This document shows, piece by piece, positions 1-10,920 of a stretch of 64,000 nt of DNA (position 1 is the stretch's first letter; every line of letters begins with the position of its first letter). The stretch is taken from the NCBI RefSeq assembly GCF_001194135.2, contig NC_068986.1:105698361-105762360 (forward strand). Direction: 5' to 3'. Both the position numbers and the translations under genes were made by a program. The stretch is from Octopus bimaculoides. Lineage: Eukaryota. The notes under the pieces were generated by a model. The model was not told where the DNA came from. It saw nothing but the letters and a program-made list of their open reading frames with translations, and did no database searches.

Positions 1-1085
1 TGAATTCTTTTTAAACATTTTTTTTTTTTTTGCAATTGTCTCATAATACCGATATAGGCTTGCCCAAATGCATCAATGAATTAACATTGATATTTTTTCA
101 CCGTTGTTACAATCATCTGAAATGGAACTCTCAAAGCGCGATATTCGAGCAATTTTGATATTCAACTCCAAAAAAGGACGTGAAGCAGCTGAAACTGTTC
201 GCGATATCAACGAAACGTTTGGTGAGGAAATGATCAGTGAGTGGTCAGTTCGAAAATGGTTTAAACAGAGGAGACCTGAGCCTTGAAGATCGTGGGTGTA
301 GTGGACGCCTATCTGTCATCGATGACGGTCAATTAAAGCTCGACAAATGGGTACCACACAATTTGAATGAAAATCAGAAAATGCACAGATATGAAATTTG
401 CTCGTCGCTTCATCTCTGTAACCAGACCGATCCGTTTCTCGACCGTATTGTAACTTGCGGTGAAAATGGATTCTGTATAATAATACAAAAAACGTCCTTC
501 ACAGTGGTTGGACCAAATTATGAACCGAAAATATACCCTAAACCCGAGCTCTTGAAAAAAGTTATGGTGAGTGTTTGGTGGTGTACTTCTAGGCTCATCC
601 ACTGTAATGCCTTAAAATCTGGAAAAACCATGACTGCAGAAACATATTGCCATGAAATTGCCGAAATGAACGAAAAACTGCTACTCTTCTCTCCCAGACT
701 GGTCAACAGAAGAAGGCCAATCATTCTTCATGAGAATGCTCAACCACACGTTTCACTAATGATGCTCCAAAAGAGGAAACTTGGCTACGAAGTTCTTCCC
801 CACCCAGCTTATTTCCCTACCGACTATCACTTTTTCAAGCACCTTGATGGTTTCCTGCGAGAGAAAGAGTTCAAAAAAATCAAATCGATGCTGAAAGTGC
901 GCTCAAAGAGTTCATCAGAACTCCAGATTTTTATGTTTCCGGAATAAACAAACCTGTAACTCATTGGCAAAAAATGTGTTGATTGTAATGGTACTCACAT
1001 CGATGAATAAAATTTCCGCTTTATTAAAATATATTGTGATGAATTTCATGTTTCAAAACATTGCTTACTTTTTACTCAGCCTGAT
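1..1085 (+). mobile_element. Mariner DNA transposon remnant; transposase pseudogene about 122-1010; right TIR about 1053-1085, left TIR not in window
   Basis: Frameshifted mariner motifs (RKWF..GDLSLED, KWVPHNL, FLDRIVTC, PTDYHFF, WQKCVDCNG). Terminal sequence reads caggctgagtaaaaagtaagcaatg on the minus strand. Confidence 0.88.
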
Positions 1086-1120
1086 TGATTGAAATAGAGA
1101 GATAGATATCCATATACAGG

Positions 1121-1123
1121 TGT

Positions 1124-1192
<69 letters not shown>
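1121..1192. repeat. (GT)n microsatellite
   Basis: Direct reading. Confidence 0.95.
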
Positions 1193-1194
<2 letters not shown>

Positions 1195-1544
1195 CGTGAT
1201 TTTAAACCTAACGTCAATTTTTTACGTCTAAATATTTGATCACTTTTGACATTGCATTAATTTTACGCGAATCATATTTTCCTAAACCTTCGCATCATAT
1301 TTTCTCCTTTCAATCTAACGTGAAATATTTTAGGTCTCAATGTTTTTCTTTCTAAACTTCACGTTACTTCTTCGAATAACGTTGTTTGTTAATTTAAACA
1401 TGGCGTCGCTTTTTCTGATGTCTATATGTTTGTTTTGAATAAAATTTACGTTAATTTTTCTAGTGTCTACGTCTTTGTTCACTTGTTTTTGTTTTTGTTT
1501 TTTCCTGATGATTATTTCCGCAGTTTTGTTCCTTTAAAAACTCG

Positions 1545-1771
1545 TTATTTGGTCACTGCGAATGATTTCTTGTTGCGCACTCGTAAGATGACCTCGACAA
1601 TTGCGTAGCCTAACATGCCAAAAAAGAGAAAACCGAGGCAGATATAGAGTCTGATAGCGATATTCACATTTGTAGAGTAGAGAAATGTCATGACGAAGCC
1701 AACGGATTCCCAGAGACGGTAGTTTGCGAAGGCAGCTTCTGTGTTGTTACTGAACAGGAAACCGTAGAGCG
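1545..1771 (-). CDS. UNC93A: UNC93A-like terminal coding exon 6 ((A)LYGFLFSNNTEAAFANYRLWESVGF...AVTK*)
   Basis: CTTCTCTTCTCCAG acceptor; phase 1 completes GCG; EAAFANYRLWES motif; TAA at 1547-1545; 227 nt. Not in ORF track. Confidence 0.93.
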
Positions 1772-1856
1772 CTGGAGAAGAGAAGAGTTATAGATTAAGT
1801 ATTGGGTTAGTACGTCCGTACACAGACATACAAACACATGCAGGTATGTGTATGTG

Positions 1857-1911
1857 AGAGAGAGAGAGGTGAGCGGGGTTACGTATGTAGGTAGGTAGGT
1901 AGGTAGGTAGG

Positions 1912-1973
<62 letters not shown>

Positions 1974-2361
1974 GACAGAGAGAGAGAGAGAGACAGAGAG
2001 AGAGAGACAGATAGATAGATAGACAGAGAGAGACAGAGAGATAGATAGACAGATAGACAGAGAGAGACAGAGAGAGACAGAGAGAAAGAGAGAGAGATAG
2101 ACAGACAGATAGATAGATAGACAGAGAGAGAGAGAGAGAGAGAGAGATAGACAGAGAGAGAGAGAGATAGAGAGACAGAGAGATAGATAGACAGAGAGAG
2201 ACAGAGAGATAGATAGACAGATAGAGACAGAGAGAGACAGAGAGAGACAGAGAGAGACAGAGAGAAACAGAGAGAAACAGAGAGAGATAGACAGACAGAT
2301 AGATAGATAGACAGATAGACAGAGAGAGACAGAGAGAGACAGAGACAGACAGACAGACAGA
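1857..2361. repeat. Compound (AG)n/(AGAC)n/(AGAT)n microsatellite in the last intron
   Basis: Direct reading; source of the spurious LSLS ORFs. Confidence 0.95.
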
Positions 2362-2448
2362 TAGTGTAACAGCAGGCTTGATAGAAGCATTCAGCATTTC
2401 GTGGCTCTCTTCACTAAATGTATCATTAGGAAACTAAGATATACTCAC

Positions 2449-2519
2449 CATTAATCTGGGTCTGGATAACGGCGTCTCCCATTCCCCATAAACCGGAAAC
2501 CACGTAAAATATGACAACC
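2449..2519 (-). CDS. UNC93A: UNC93A-like coding exon 5, 3' part only (VVIFYVVSGLWGMGDAVIQTQIN); 5' part in the assembly gap
   Basis: SGLWGxxDAVxQTQxN motif and GTGAGT donor at 2448 (phase 1). The exon start lies in Ns 2520-3010; about 60 nt are missing by homology (inference). Confidence 0.88.
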
Positions 2520-3010
2520 NNNNNNNNNNNNNNNNNNNNNNNNNNNNNNNNNNNNNNNNNNNNNNNNNNNNNNNNNNNNNNNNNNNNNNNNNNNNNNNNN
2601 NNNNNNNNNNNNNNNNNNNNNNNNNNNNNNNNNNNNNNNNNNNNNNNNNNNNNNNNNNNNNNNNNNNNNNNNNNNNNNNNNNNNNNNNNNNNNNNNNNNN
2701 NNNNNNNNNNNNNNNNNNNNNNNNNNNNNNNNNNNNNNNNNNNNNNNNNNNNNNNNNNNNNNNNNNNNNNNNNNNNNNNNNNNNNNNNNNNNNNNNNNNN
2801 NNNNNNNNNNNNNNNNNNNNNNNNNNNNNNNNNNNNNNNNNNNNNNNNNNNNNNNNNNNNNNNNNNNNNNNNNNNNNNNNNNNNNNNNNNNNNNNNNNNN
2901 NNNNNNNNNNNNNNNNNNNNNNNNNNNNNNNNNNNNNNNNNNNNNNNNNNNNNNNNNNNNNNNNNNNNNNNNNNNNNNNNNNNNNNNNNNNNNNNNNNNN
3001 NNNNNNNNNN
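2520..3010. other. Assembly gap (491 N) hiding the start of UNC93A exon 5
   Basis: N run directly abutting in-frame exon sequence. Confidence 0.9.
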
Positions 3011-3053
<43 letters not shown>

Positions 3054-3406
3054 ATATGTATTTGTGATTGCCCCCCACCCCACCATCGTTTGACAACCGA
3101 TGTTGGTGTGTTTAATCCCCGTAACCCTAGCGGTTCGGCAAATGAGACCGATAGAAGTATGTACTTCAGCTGCATTTCTTCACCTCCACGTGTAGGTGCT
3201 ACTGACCGATTCGACGTAAGCTCCACAGTTATGCAAATGCCATCGGGCAAACGGATCCCTAACGCATGGAAAAGGACAAAGCCTACCCGTCACGTACTCG
3301 TTCGGCATTCATTGATTGTAGACTTGAGGTTTTAAATCAAACATCTGCTTCTGCTTATTGGGCGAGCCGGGTCATAATCTCAGTGTTTTAAACATCACTT
3401 TCCTTT

Positions 3407-3560
3407 TCATTATTTACATTTGACGGATATTTGTCTTCATCTTGTTTGTTGATGACACAACGTTTCGGCTGATATACTCTCCAGCCTTCATCAGGTGTCT
3501 CGGGGAAATTTCGAACCTGCATTCTCATTATTATTCAGGTCACTGCCGGGAATCGAACTT
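3407..3560 (-). mobile_element. SINE-like family E copy (5'-truncated at the B box) carrying a hammerhead motif
   Basis: Reverse complement matches the plus copy at 3561-3765 and extends the tail (caaatatccgtcaaatgtaaataatg). Confidence 0.75.
3454..3499 (-). ncRNA. Minimal type I hammerhead ribozyme motif, core intact
   Basis: GACAC-CUGAUGA-A-GGCUG(10 nt)CAGCC-GAAAC-GUU-GUGUC: 5 bp stem I, 5 bp stem II, and a loopless palindromic (A)ACGU(U) stem III that can form only as a dimer. Confidence 0.75.
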
Positions 3561-3765
3561 GGGCATATGGCGTAGTGGTTAAGAGCGCGGGCTACTAACC
3601 CCAAGATTCCGAGTTCGATTCCAAGCAGTGACCTGAATAATAATAACAAGAACAACATCGAAAAGTACCTTAGGAATGAGAACCTGGGTTCGAAATTTCG
3701 GCCAAGACACCTGATGAAGGCTGGAGGGTATATCAGCCGAAGCGTTGTGTTAACAACAAACAAGA
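3561..3765 (+). mobile_element. SINE-like family E copy with tRNA-like head (A/B boxes) and hammerhead motif
   Basis: A-box-like tggcgtagtgg, B-box-like gagttcgattcc, then a spacer and the HHR. Runs into a family B SINE at about 3766. Confidence 0.75.
3706..3751 (+). ncRNA. Minimal hammerhead motif with a core substitution (GAAG for GAAA)
   Basis: GACAC-CUGAUGA-A-GGCUG..CAGCC-GAAGC-GUU-GUGUU. Confidence 0.65.
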
Positions 3766-3984
3766 AAGCGGCGAGCGGGCAGAAACGTTAGCACGCCGGG
3801 CGAAATGCTTAGCGGTATTTCGTCTGCCGTTATGAAATAAAGCTTCTTTCCCCACGACCACTCCTGCGCCTGAATAAATATTTTCAGACAATATGCCATG
3901 TGTAATGCGTGGTGGGGAGAGTAGTTCTCTATAGTAAATTTTCTGGAAAATAGAGCGTGACTCTATATGTTTGTATGTGTGTCT

Positions 3985-4168
3985 GTCAGTCTTTCTATCT
4001 ATCTGTCTGTCCCTCTCTCGTTCCTCTCTATCGCTCTCTCTCCCTCTCCCGTTCCTCTCTATCGCTCTCTCTCTCTCTCTCCCGTTCCTCTCTATCGCTC
4101 TCTCTCTCTCTCCCCCGTTCCTCTCTATCGCTCTCTCTCTCTCTCTCCCCCGTTCCTCTCTATCGGTC

Positions 4169-4210
<42 letters not shown>
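3985..4210. repeat. CT-rich minisatellite (about 5 copies of cgttcctctctatcgctctctctc..)
   Basis: Direct reading. Confidence 0.85.
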
Positions 4211-4216
<6 letters not shown>

Positions 4217-4756
4217 AATACGTGCAAGAAATGACTTTCATTTAAAACGACTCACTTATTTTTCCTGAGCCTTAAGTCTGTTTATATATGATTGCGGGTT
4301 CAACCCCATTACGTAGGACCTTGGGCAAGTGTCTTCCACTATAGCCTCGAGTCGACCAAAGCCTTGCAAACGGAATAGCCCCGTCGTGTGTGTGTGTGTG
4401 TGTGTGTCTTGGTATCTGTCTGTCCCCTACTCCCTTTTTACAACCGAAGTTTCTATGTTTATATCCCTGCAAATTTCTATCAGTTTCCTTTGCCGAAACG
4501 CTAAGTACCAGGCTTTTAAGAAACACAAGTACTGAGGTCGATTCATTGGGCTAAAAATACTTCAAGGCTGAGCCCCAGCATGGCCGCAGTTTAATGGCTA
4601 AAACAAAAATAAAACTCTCTTTACACATCAAGAATCAAATATTTTTAGTGGTGGGCACGAAAACCGTATCTAATGTAGATACTGGCAAATAGCAATGCAG
4701 GAGCAGAATATATAAGTTCTAAATTTGGTGGATAATTGCAGTTATTTCAGGAATTA

Positions 4757-4980
4757 AGTCGGCGAGCTGGCAGAATGGTTAGCACGCCGGGCGGAATGCT
4801 TAGCGTTATTTCGTCTGTCTTTACGTTCTGAGTTCAAATTCCACCGGGGTCGACTTTGCCTTTTATCCTTTCGAGGTCAATAAATTAAATACCAGCTGCG
4901 TACTGATGGTTGATGTAATCGACTGGCCATCCCCCCCCCCAAAAAAAAAAATTGGGGGCATTGTGCCTAGAAAAGAATAA
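4757..4980 (+). mobile_element. SINE family B
   Basis: Recurrent motif ggcagaa..ttagcacgccgggc..gagttcaaattcc..cctttcatcctttcggggtcgataaa. Confidence 0.8.
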
Positions 4981-5344
4981 ATTTAAAAAGCGGTGAGGTG
5001 GCAGAATCGTTAGCACGCCGGGCGGAATGCTNNNNNNNNNNNNNNNNNNNNNNNNNNNNNNNNNNNNNNNNNNNNNNNNNNNNNNNNNNNNNNNNNNNNN
5101 NNNNNNNNNNNNNNNNNNNNNNNNNNNNNNNNNNNNNNNNNNNNNNNNNNNNNNNNNNNNNNNNNNNNNNNNNNNNNNNNNNNNNNNNNNNNNNNNNNNN
5201 NNNNNACCATATACGTACTGGCGTCGATCTAGAGTAGAAAAGAATGTGAGAACCATTCGATTACTGGCGGTTGATGTAATCGACTACTCACTCCCCAAAA
5301 ATTTCAGGCCTTGTGTCTATAATAGAAAGGATTATTTCGAGAAT

Positions 5345-5548
5345 TCTTTCTTTTTATTCTTTTACTGGCTTCAGTCATTTGACTGCGGCCATGCTGGAGC
5401 ACCGCCTTTAGTCGAACAGATCGACCTCGGGACTTATTCTTTGTAAGCCTAGTACTTATTCTATCGGTCTGTTTTGCCGAACTGCTAGTTTACGGGGACG
5501 TGAACACACCAATATAGGTTGTCAAATGATAGTGGGGGACAAACACAG

Positions 5549-5586
<38 letters not shown>

Positions 5587-5735
5587 CGACAGGCTTCTTT
5601 CAGTTTCCGTCTACCAAATTCACTCACAAGGCTTTGGTCGGCCCGAGGCTATAGTAGAAGACATTTGCCCAAGGCCACACGCAGTGTGACTGAACCCAGA
5701 ATCATGTGGTCGGTAAGCTACCTTCTGGCCACACA
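5345..5735 (-). mobile_element. SINE family A (tRNA-like head, CORE-like accttgggcaagtgtctt, internal microsatellite)
   Basis: Matches the consensus of more than 25 copies or fragments in the window. Confidence 0.85.
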
Positions 5736-5835
5736 CCCTGGGAACGACTATACAATTTAATTACGCAATCAAAATGTTAAGTCTTCTTGTTTTCTGTTGA
5801 TAGTTTGGTCTCATGGTGAACTAAAACTGACTTAC

Positions 5836-5971
5836 CAAGTATGAAGAAAGGAATATGGCCAACCCATTGTACCATTCTACCGAACGAGAAAGAACATATT
5901 GCGTCAACCACACCAAAACTGATCATAATATAACCAATATTCCACACACCGAGCGAACACGTGATGTAAGC
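5836..5971 (-). CDS. UNC93A: UNC93A-like coding exon 4 (AYITCSLGVWNIGYIMISFGVVDAICSFSFGRMVQWVGHIPFFIL)
   Basis: Found by manual reverse translation (not in ORF track). TTTTTCTAG acceptor, GTAAGT donor, 136 nt, phase 0/1. Matches the YVTCxLG..VGYVMI..DAxCS segment. Confidence 0.92.
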
Positions 5972-6019
5972 CTAGAAAAACCAAAAGAAAGAATTAGGAA
6001 TATCAAAATATATATTGTT

Positions 6020-6235
6020 TGTTATTTCTTTACTACCCACAAGGGGCCAAATATAGAGGGGACAAACAAGGACAGACAAACGGATTAAGTCGATTATATC
6101 TACCCCAGTGCGTAACTGGTACTTATTTAATCGACCCCGAAAGGATGAAAGGCAAAGTCGACCTCGGCGGAATTTGAACTCAGAACATGAAGACAGACGA
6201 AATATTGCTAACGTTTCTGACAGCTTGCCGCCTTA
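6020..6235 (-). mobile_element. SINE family B
   Basis: Reverse complement of the family B consensus; lies about 50 nt upstream of the exon 4 acceptor. Confidence 0.85.
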
Positions 6236-6289
6236 AAATATGTATTGTTTGAATCGTTGAGTATGTGTACGCATGCGCGTGTTTTATCT

Positions 6290-6715
6290 TTTACTAGATT
6301 CATGCGTTTGACAGCAGCTACGCTAGAGTACCGCCTTTGAGGGTATTAGCCGAACAAATCGTCCTCAGGGCTTACTTTGCATAATTTTTCAAACCTAACG
6401 TTCTATTGGTCTCTTTTGCCAGGCCGCTAAGTTACAAGGACGTATTCACACCAATACTGGTTGTGTGGCGGGGGAACAAAAAACTGGTACATACATACGT
6501 ACATTTTAATTATACATACATACATACATACATACATACATACACGACGGGCTTCTTTCAGTTTCTGTCCATCAAATCAACTCACAAGGCTTTGGTCGGC
6601 CTGAGACTATAGTAAGAAGGCACTTGCCCAAGGTACCACGCAGTGGGACTGAACGTGGATCCATGTTGCTGGGCAGCAAGCTTCTTACCACACAGCTGCT
6701 ACTCCTGCGCCTATA
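6290..6715 (-). mobile_element. SINE family A with internal (TACA)n
   Basis: Family consensus match. Confidence 0.8.
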
Positions 6716-7695
6716 TGTGCATAATTCTCACAAATGAGTTACAGAAAAGGTAATAATTGGAGATTAGTGGCTAATTATAACCTAATAGTACCTGGACAGA
6801 CAGGTTTCTCTTCCTAGTTAGTGTAAGAGGACGATTAGAATGATGTAGTAAATGCACGCTGGGAACATGTGGAAGTAGCAGATGGAAGAGATTAGAGTGA
6901 AGTTTCTCTCAGGTGCTCAAACGTTTCTGGCAGGCTTTAAATGGGTTTCTCAAATGCGCCACTATGGTCTCGTTCAAAGCGCAGCAACCCTTCCAGATAG
7001 AATTTAAATGAAGACTTCTTTGGGTTAGCAAAGTAGGGGTAGTATTTTCTATAATTCAAGGTGGTTAGCTATACAGACAACAACTTTGTTATTTGCACGG
7101 TAATCCTAGACAGGAACCCAATTATCAGAAGTTGAATACCACGTTCCTTGCATGGAAAACATATGGAGAGTTTTCCGGTGGTGAGCAACGGACAAGAGGC
7201 AGTAATCCCTCTCAACCGGGACAAATCGGTGGGATTGGAACTCGGCATCCTCTCTCGCTAGACTTTGGTTACTGGTTAGGTGCACATTGAGGGACTAAAT
7301 GAGGGATCGATAAAGGAACTAAACAAAATGTGTCTCTGAAAGGTCCGGCAGAGGTGACCAGCGCTTAAAATTATCCTACCTTTTTATTTTTCTTATTTAT
7401 TTTCACTATATCCTGTTCTTTCCTCCTCTCTTTTTCTCCTATCCGATGATGGAAAATGTCCGAAACGTTACTAACCATTAACTCCTTTCATTTCCCTGGT
7501 TGTCAGGCTTTCGAAAAAGTTGGTAACCAAATCTTATTTAGGAATCACAGTCTAATGTAGTCTTAGACACTGGTCACAGCATCTTAGACAGGAAGGTTAC
7601 ACCTGCAGTGCTTTAGAACATAGCTCTGCTCAATAAAAACTGATCTAGGCCTCAAAGGGGAGATATTTCATATAAACGAAAGAAAACATACTTAC

Positions 7696-7929
7696 ACTTG
7701 TGTAGCTACTGAGAATAAAGGCTTGTTCAATGCCACTGTATATTGTTAAAGGAATCAACAGCTTCTGTTCTTTAGACAACCAGCAATGTCGTAGAGTCTC
7801 TCTAACTAAAATTATGCTGAAGCTTCTTCGTCCTTTTTCTTTCTCCAAACGAACGTTATCCAAGAAAAAGCATATAATTAGAATCGCCACAATACAACAG
7901 GCAAGATAGATTCCTCTCATTATATTCAC
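7696..7929 (-). CDS. UNC93A: UNC93A-like coding exon 3 (VNIMRGIYL...LLIPLTIYSGIEQAFILSSYTS)
   Basis: TTTCTTTTCAG acceptor, GTAAGT donor, 234 nt, phase 0/0. Contains the LLIPLTIYSGxEQAF motif. Confidence 0.92.
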
Positions 7930-8028
7930 CTGAAAAGAAAGAAAATAAATAATTAACAGTATGTCATAGCAGCGTCTGTTAAAAAGACCTATAAAGGAAT
8001 TGGGAGGTTCATTATACCAGAAAACGAG

Positions 8029-8364
8029 CACACACACTGGTTCCATTTCACTTCTTTATTATTCGTCAATTGGTTAACTATTTAACTAATTAACTAGTCG
8101 ATTGTTTCATTAATCGTTTGGTCAATCAATCAATCAGTTGTGCTTGTCAAATTCCATTCGGGATCTCTTCAATAACCCAGAGTAGAAAGAGGATGTCATC
8201 GAAGAGGTTGCGATGGCAACGGAGAGACTTTGGCAACTACAGCTGATTGACTAATTGATTGATTAAGTGAACGATTAATCAAACAAACGATTAGTAACGG
8301 GATTAAATAGTTAACTAATTGACGAACAATATAAGAAAAAGTAAACTGGAACCAGTGCGTGTGT
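8029..8364. repeat. Imperfect fold-back (inverted repeat) element in intron 2
   Basis: cacacactggttcca..tcgtcaattggttaactatttaa pairs with ttaaatagttaactaattgacga..tggaaccagtgcgtgtg. Confidence 0.75.
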
Positions 8365-8469
8365 TTCCTATTGGTAGAATGACCCTCCCGAAATACTCAT
8401 AAATGTGTTCCAATACACGAGTTCGCACCAAAAATCTAGCAAGCCAAATACAAAAACGAGCCATAAAGG

Positions 8470-8860
8470 TAACTCTCTTTTACTTCTTTCAGTCCTTTGA
8501 CTGCGGCCATGCTGGAGCACCTCCTTTAGTCGTGCAAATCGACCCCAGGACTTATTCATTGTAAGCCTAGTACTTATTCTATCGGTGTCTTTTTGCCGAA
8601 CCGCTAAGTTACGGGGACGTAAACACACCAGCATCTGTTTTCAAGCGATGGTGGGGGGACAAACACAGACACACAAACATATATATATATATATATACGA
8701 CGGGCTTCTTTCAGTTTCCGTCTACCAAATCCACGCACAAGGCTTTGGTCGGCCCGAGGCTATAGTAGAAGACACTTGCCCAAGATGCCACGCAGTGGGA
8801 CTGAACCCGGAACCATGTGGTTGGTAAGCAAGCTACTTACCACACAGCCTCTCCTTCACC
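8470..8860 (-). mobile_element. SINE family A, near full length
   Basis: Family consensus match. Confidence 0.87.
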
Positions 8861-9489
8861 TGTATATAAAACTAATATAAACATGGAGGGTGGCTCCCTC
8901 GGGTTTTGTGGATGGTCCCATTTTTTTATCCTAACATTTCGTATCGCCTCTACATCATTATCGTCCCTGACCCCAACATTTTTACCAGTCACTTCCCCGC
9001 AAAACCTGATGTTCATCATTGACTATACCCCCCGCCTGTGTGTCCTTTCACTGCGTCCACCTCTGTCCCTGTCTCTAACCATCTCTCACACGCCCTTCGC
9101 AAACTTACCCACCCACCTAGTCTACCTAATCCCTGATCCCTATTCTCATTTTTACATTCACTTTGTACCTTGAGATTGCGCTCTCAATAACACTGTCTGA
9201 CCCTCTCTCTCTTTCTCCACCTTTCTCTCTCTTCTCTCCTTCTCTCCTCCTAAGGAAGCCATGAATTTCCTCTTCAGCGAGACATCTATTCCAATCCCGC
9301 CATCATAATTTCTCCTCTCTCCCTCCCTCTATTTTTCTCCTCGCTCCTCTCCTTCTCTCTACCTTTCTCCTCTCTCTTCTCTCCCCCACCTCTCTCTCTA
9401 TCTCTCTCTCTCTCCAGGTAGGAAAGCCCCGAATTTCCGCTTCCGCTAGACACCTATTCCAATTCCGCTACCATAACTTCTCCTCCCAC

Positions 9490-9735
9490 CTCCACTCACT
9501 TGACGGGTCTCGTCTTGCGGCTTACATGGTCACCTCGCTAGTGCAGATGACACATAAAAATGCACCCAGTACACTCTTAAAGTGGTTGGCGTTAGGAAAG
9601 GCATCCAACCGGAAATGAGTATACCGAAGCAGACAATTGAGTTCGGTGCAGGCCTCTGCTTTGTCAGCGTCTGATGAACCATGAAACCCATGCCAGCACG
9701 GAAAACGGATTTTGATTATGATGATGGTGATGTTG
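9490..9735 (+). mobile_element. Retroposon 3' fragment with (ATG)n-like tail
   Basis: aagtggttggcgttaggaaaggcatcc and cccatgccagcacggaaaacgga followed by gatgat repeats; family unassigned. Confidence 0.5.
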
Positions 9736-9840
9736 ATAGTGTGGTGGTGGAGTGATTGAGCGAGTGAGTGAGGCTACACTCACACTCATTTAGTAACATA
9801 TGTAGAGTGAGATAGAGACGATACGTAATTAGACATATGG

Positions 9841-9879
<39 letters not shown>

Positions 9880-10363
9880 GTAAACGAGCATGGCTTAGAG
9901 TTTCGCTTTGCATCCAGCTGGTTTCGGATTCAGACCCACTGTATGACACATTGGGGGACTTCTTTTATAGCCCTGGGCCGACTAATGCTTTGTGAGTGAA
10001 TTTGATAGACGGAAAATGTAAAGAAGACCGTCGTGCGTGTGTGTGTGTATCTCTTGAGGCCTGCTAGTGCCTTGCAAACCTTTTGGAAAAGGGAACAAGT
10101 TGAGGACTGAACCCGGAACCATGTAGTTCGTAAGTAAGCTACTTTCCACACAGCCACTCCTACGCCTATCAATATTTCTTTTTACATCACCCCATTCTGG
10201 CCACTCAATTATCATCCCACTTATCTCCAACACCCCATGGATCTTTCCACCGCTCCCAAGGGGAAAGTACTGCCCACTTTGGGAACCACTGCTTTAAGTT
10301 ACTCTGAGTATGCTTAGATACTCTGAGTATGCGACTGAAATATTTATGTACAATTTCTCTTAC

Positions 10364-10515
10364 CTGATGTTCGTCCACAGAGGAAATTGGTGGCGGACCC
10401 GAGGAATTTAAATCATATTTAGCGCCACAGGATATGCTTGACGCGTTATAATCCGAAGGGTGATTAGTCTTCTGGCCGAGTACCAATGAGGAAATAAGAT
10501 TTCCCCATATTTGGG
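10364..10515 (-). CDS. UNC93A: UNC93A-like coding exon 2 ((S)QIWGNLISSLVL...CGAKY...DEHQ)
   Basis: TTTTACAG acceptor, GTAAGA donor, 152 nt. Phase 1 in completes TCC; phase 0 out. QIWGNLISS is a conserved UNC93A motif. Confidence 0.92.
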
Positions 10516-10734
10516 CTGTAAAATATAAATAAGGATTTCAAACACTGGCAGAAAAACCACATGTTAAGTGAGGAGAAAGCAGCAGTTTATATCAATCCCA
10601 GTATTTCGTTAAAACTTGTTCTATGGGCACTGGAAGGATGTAGTTTAAAAAATCGGAATCGTTTTCTTTACTCTTCTGCTATTGCTAAAACAAATAGCTG
10701 ATGGAAATCTTTTGGGAGATGTTAAAGTAAAGTT

Positions 10735-10920
10735 CCTTCCCGAATCACATCGACTCATAAGGACGGTTTCTTGGTTTCCGTGTCGTATATATTCCACACG
10801 TAGAGGGGACGCCAGTCCGTAGCCGGATTACTCATTTTTGCCAGCTGAGCGAACTGGAGCAACGTGAAATGAAGTGTTTTGCTCAAGAACATAGCGGCGG
10901 AATTCGAACTAACAACGTAA
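10735..10920 (-). mobile_element. SINE family D' fragment (D head plus V-domain-like tail)
   Basis: Shares gttgctccagt..cagctggcaaaaatgagta and the downstream tail with 49233-50050 and 56240-56455. Confidence 0.6.

Noticed and set aside
1788-2397. Long LSLS/CVCV/YIYI ORFs here and throughout, plus ORFs spanning N runs
   Set aside because: Translations of microsatellites or gaps; no coding signal.
7436-7480. CCGAUGA-U-GGA..UCC-GAAACGUU hammerhead-like motif, and 6780-7380 as a PLE ORF
   Set aside because: Core U4 is changed and stem I does not pair; I could not recover a convincing GIY-YIG or RT frame upstream.
8915-8975. Weak HHR-like remnant on the minus strand
   Set aside because: Core and stems too degenerate to distinguish from chance.
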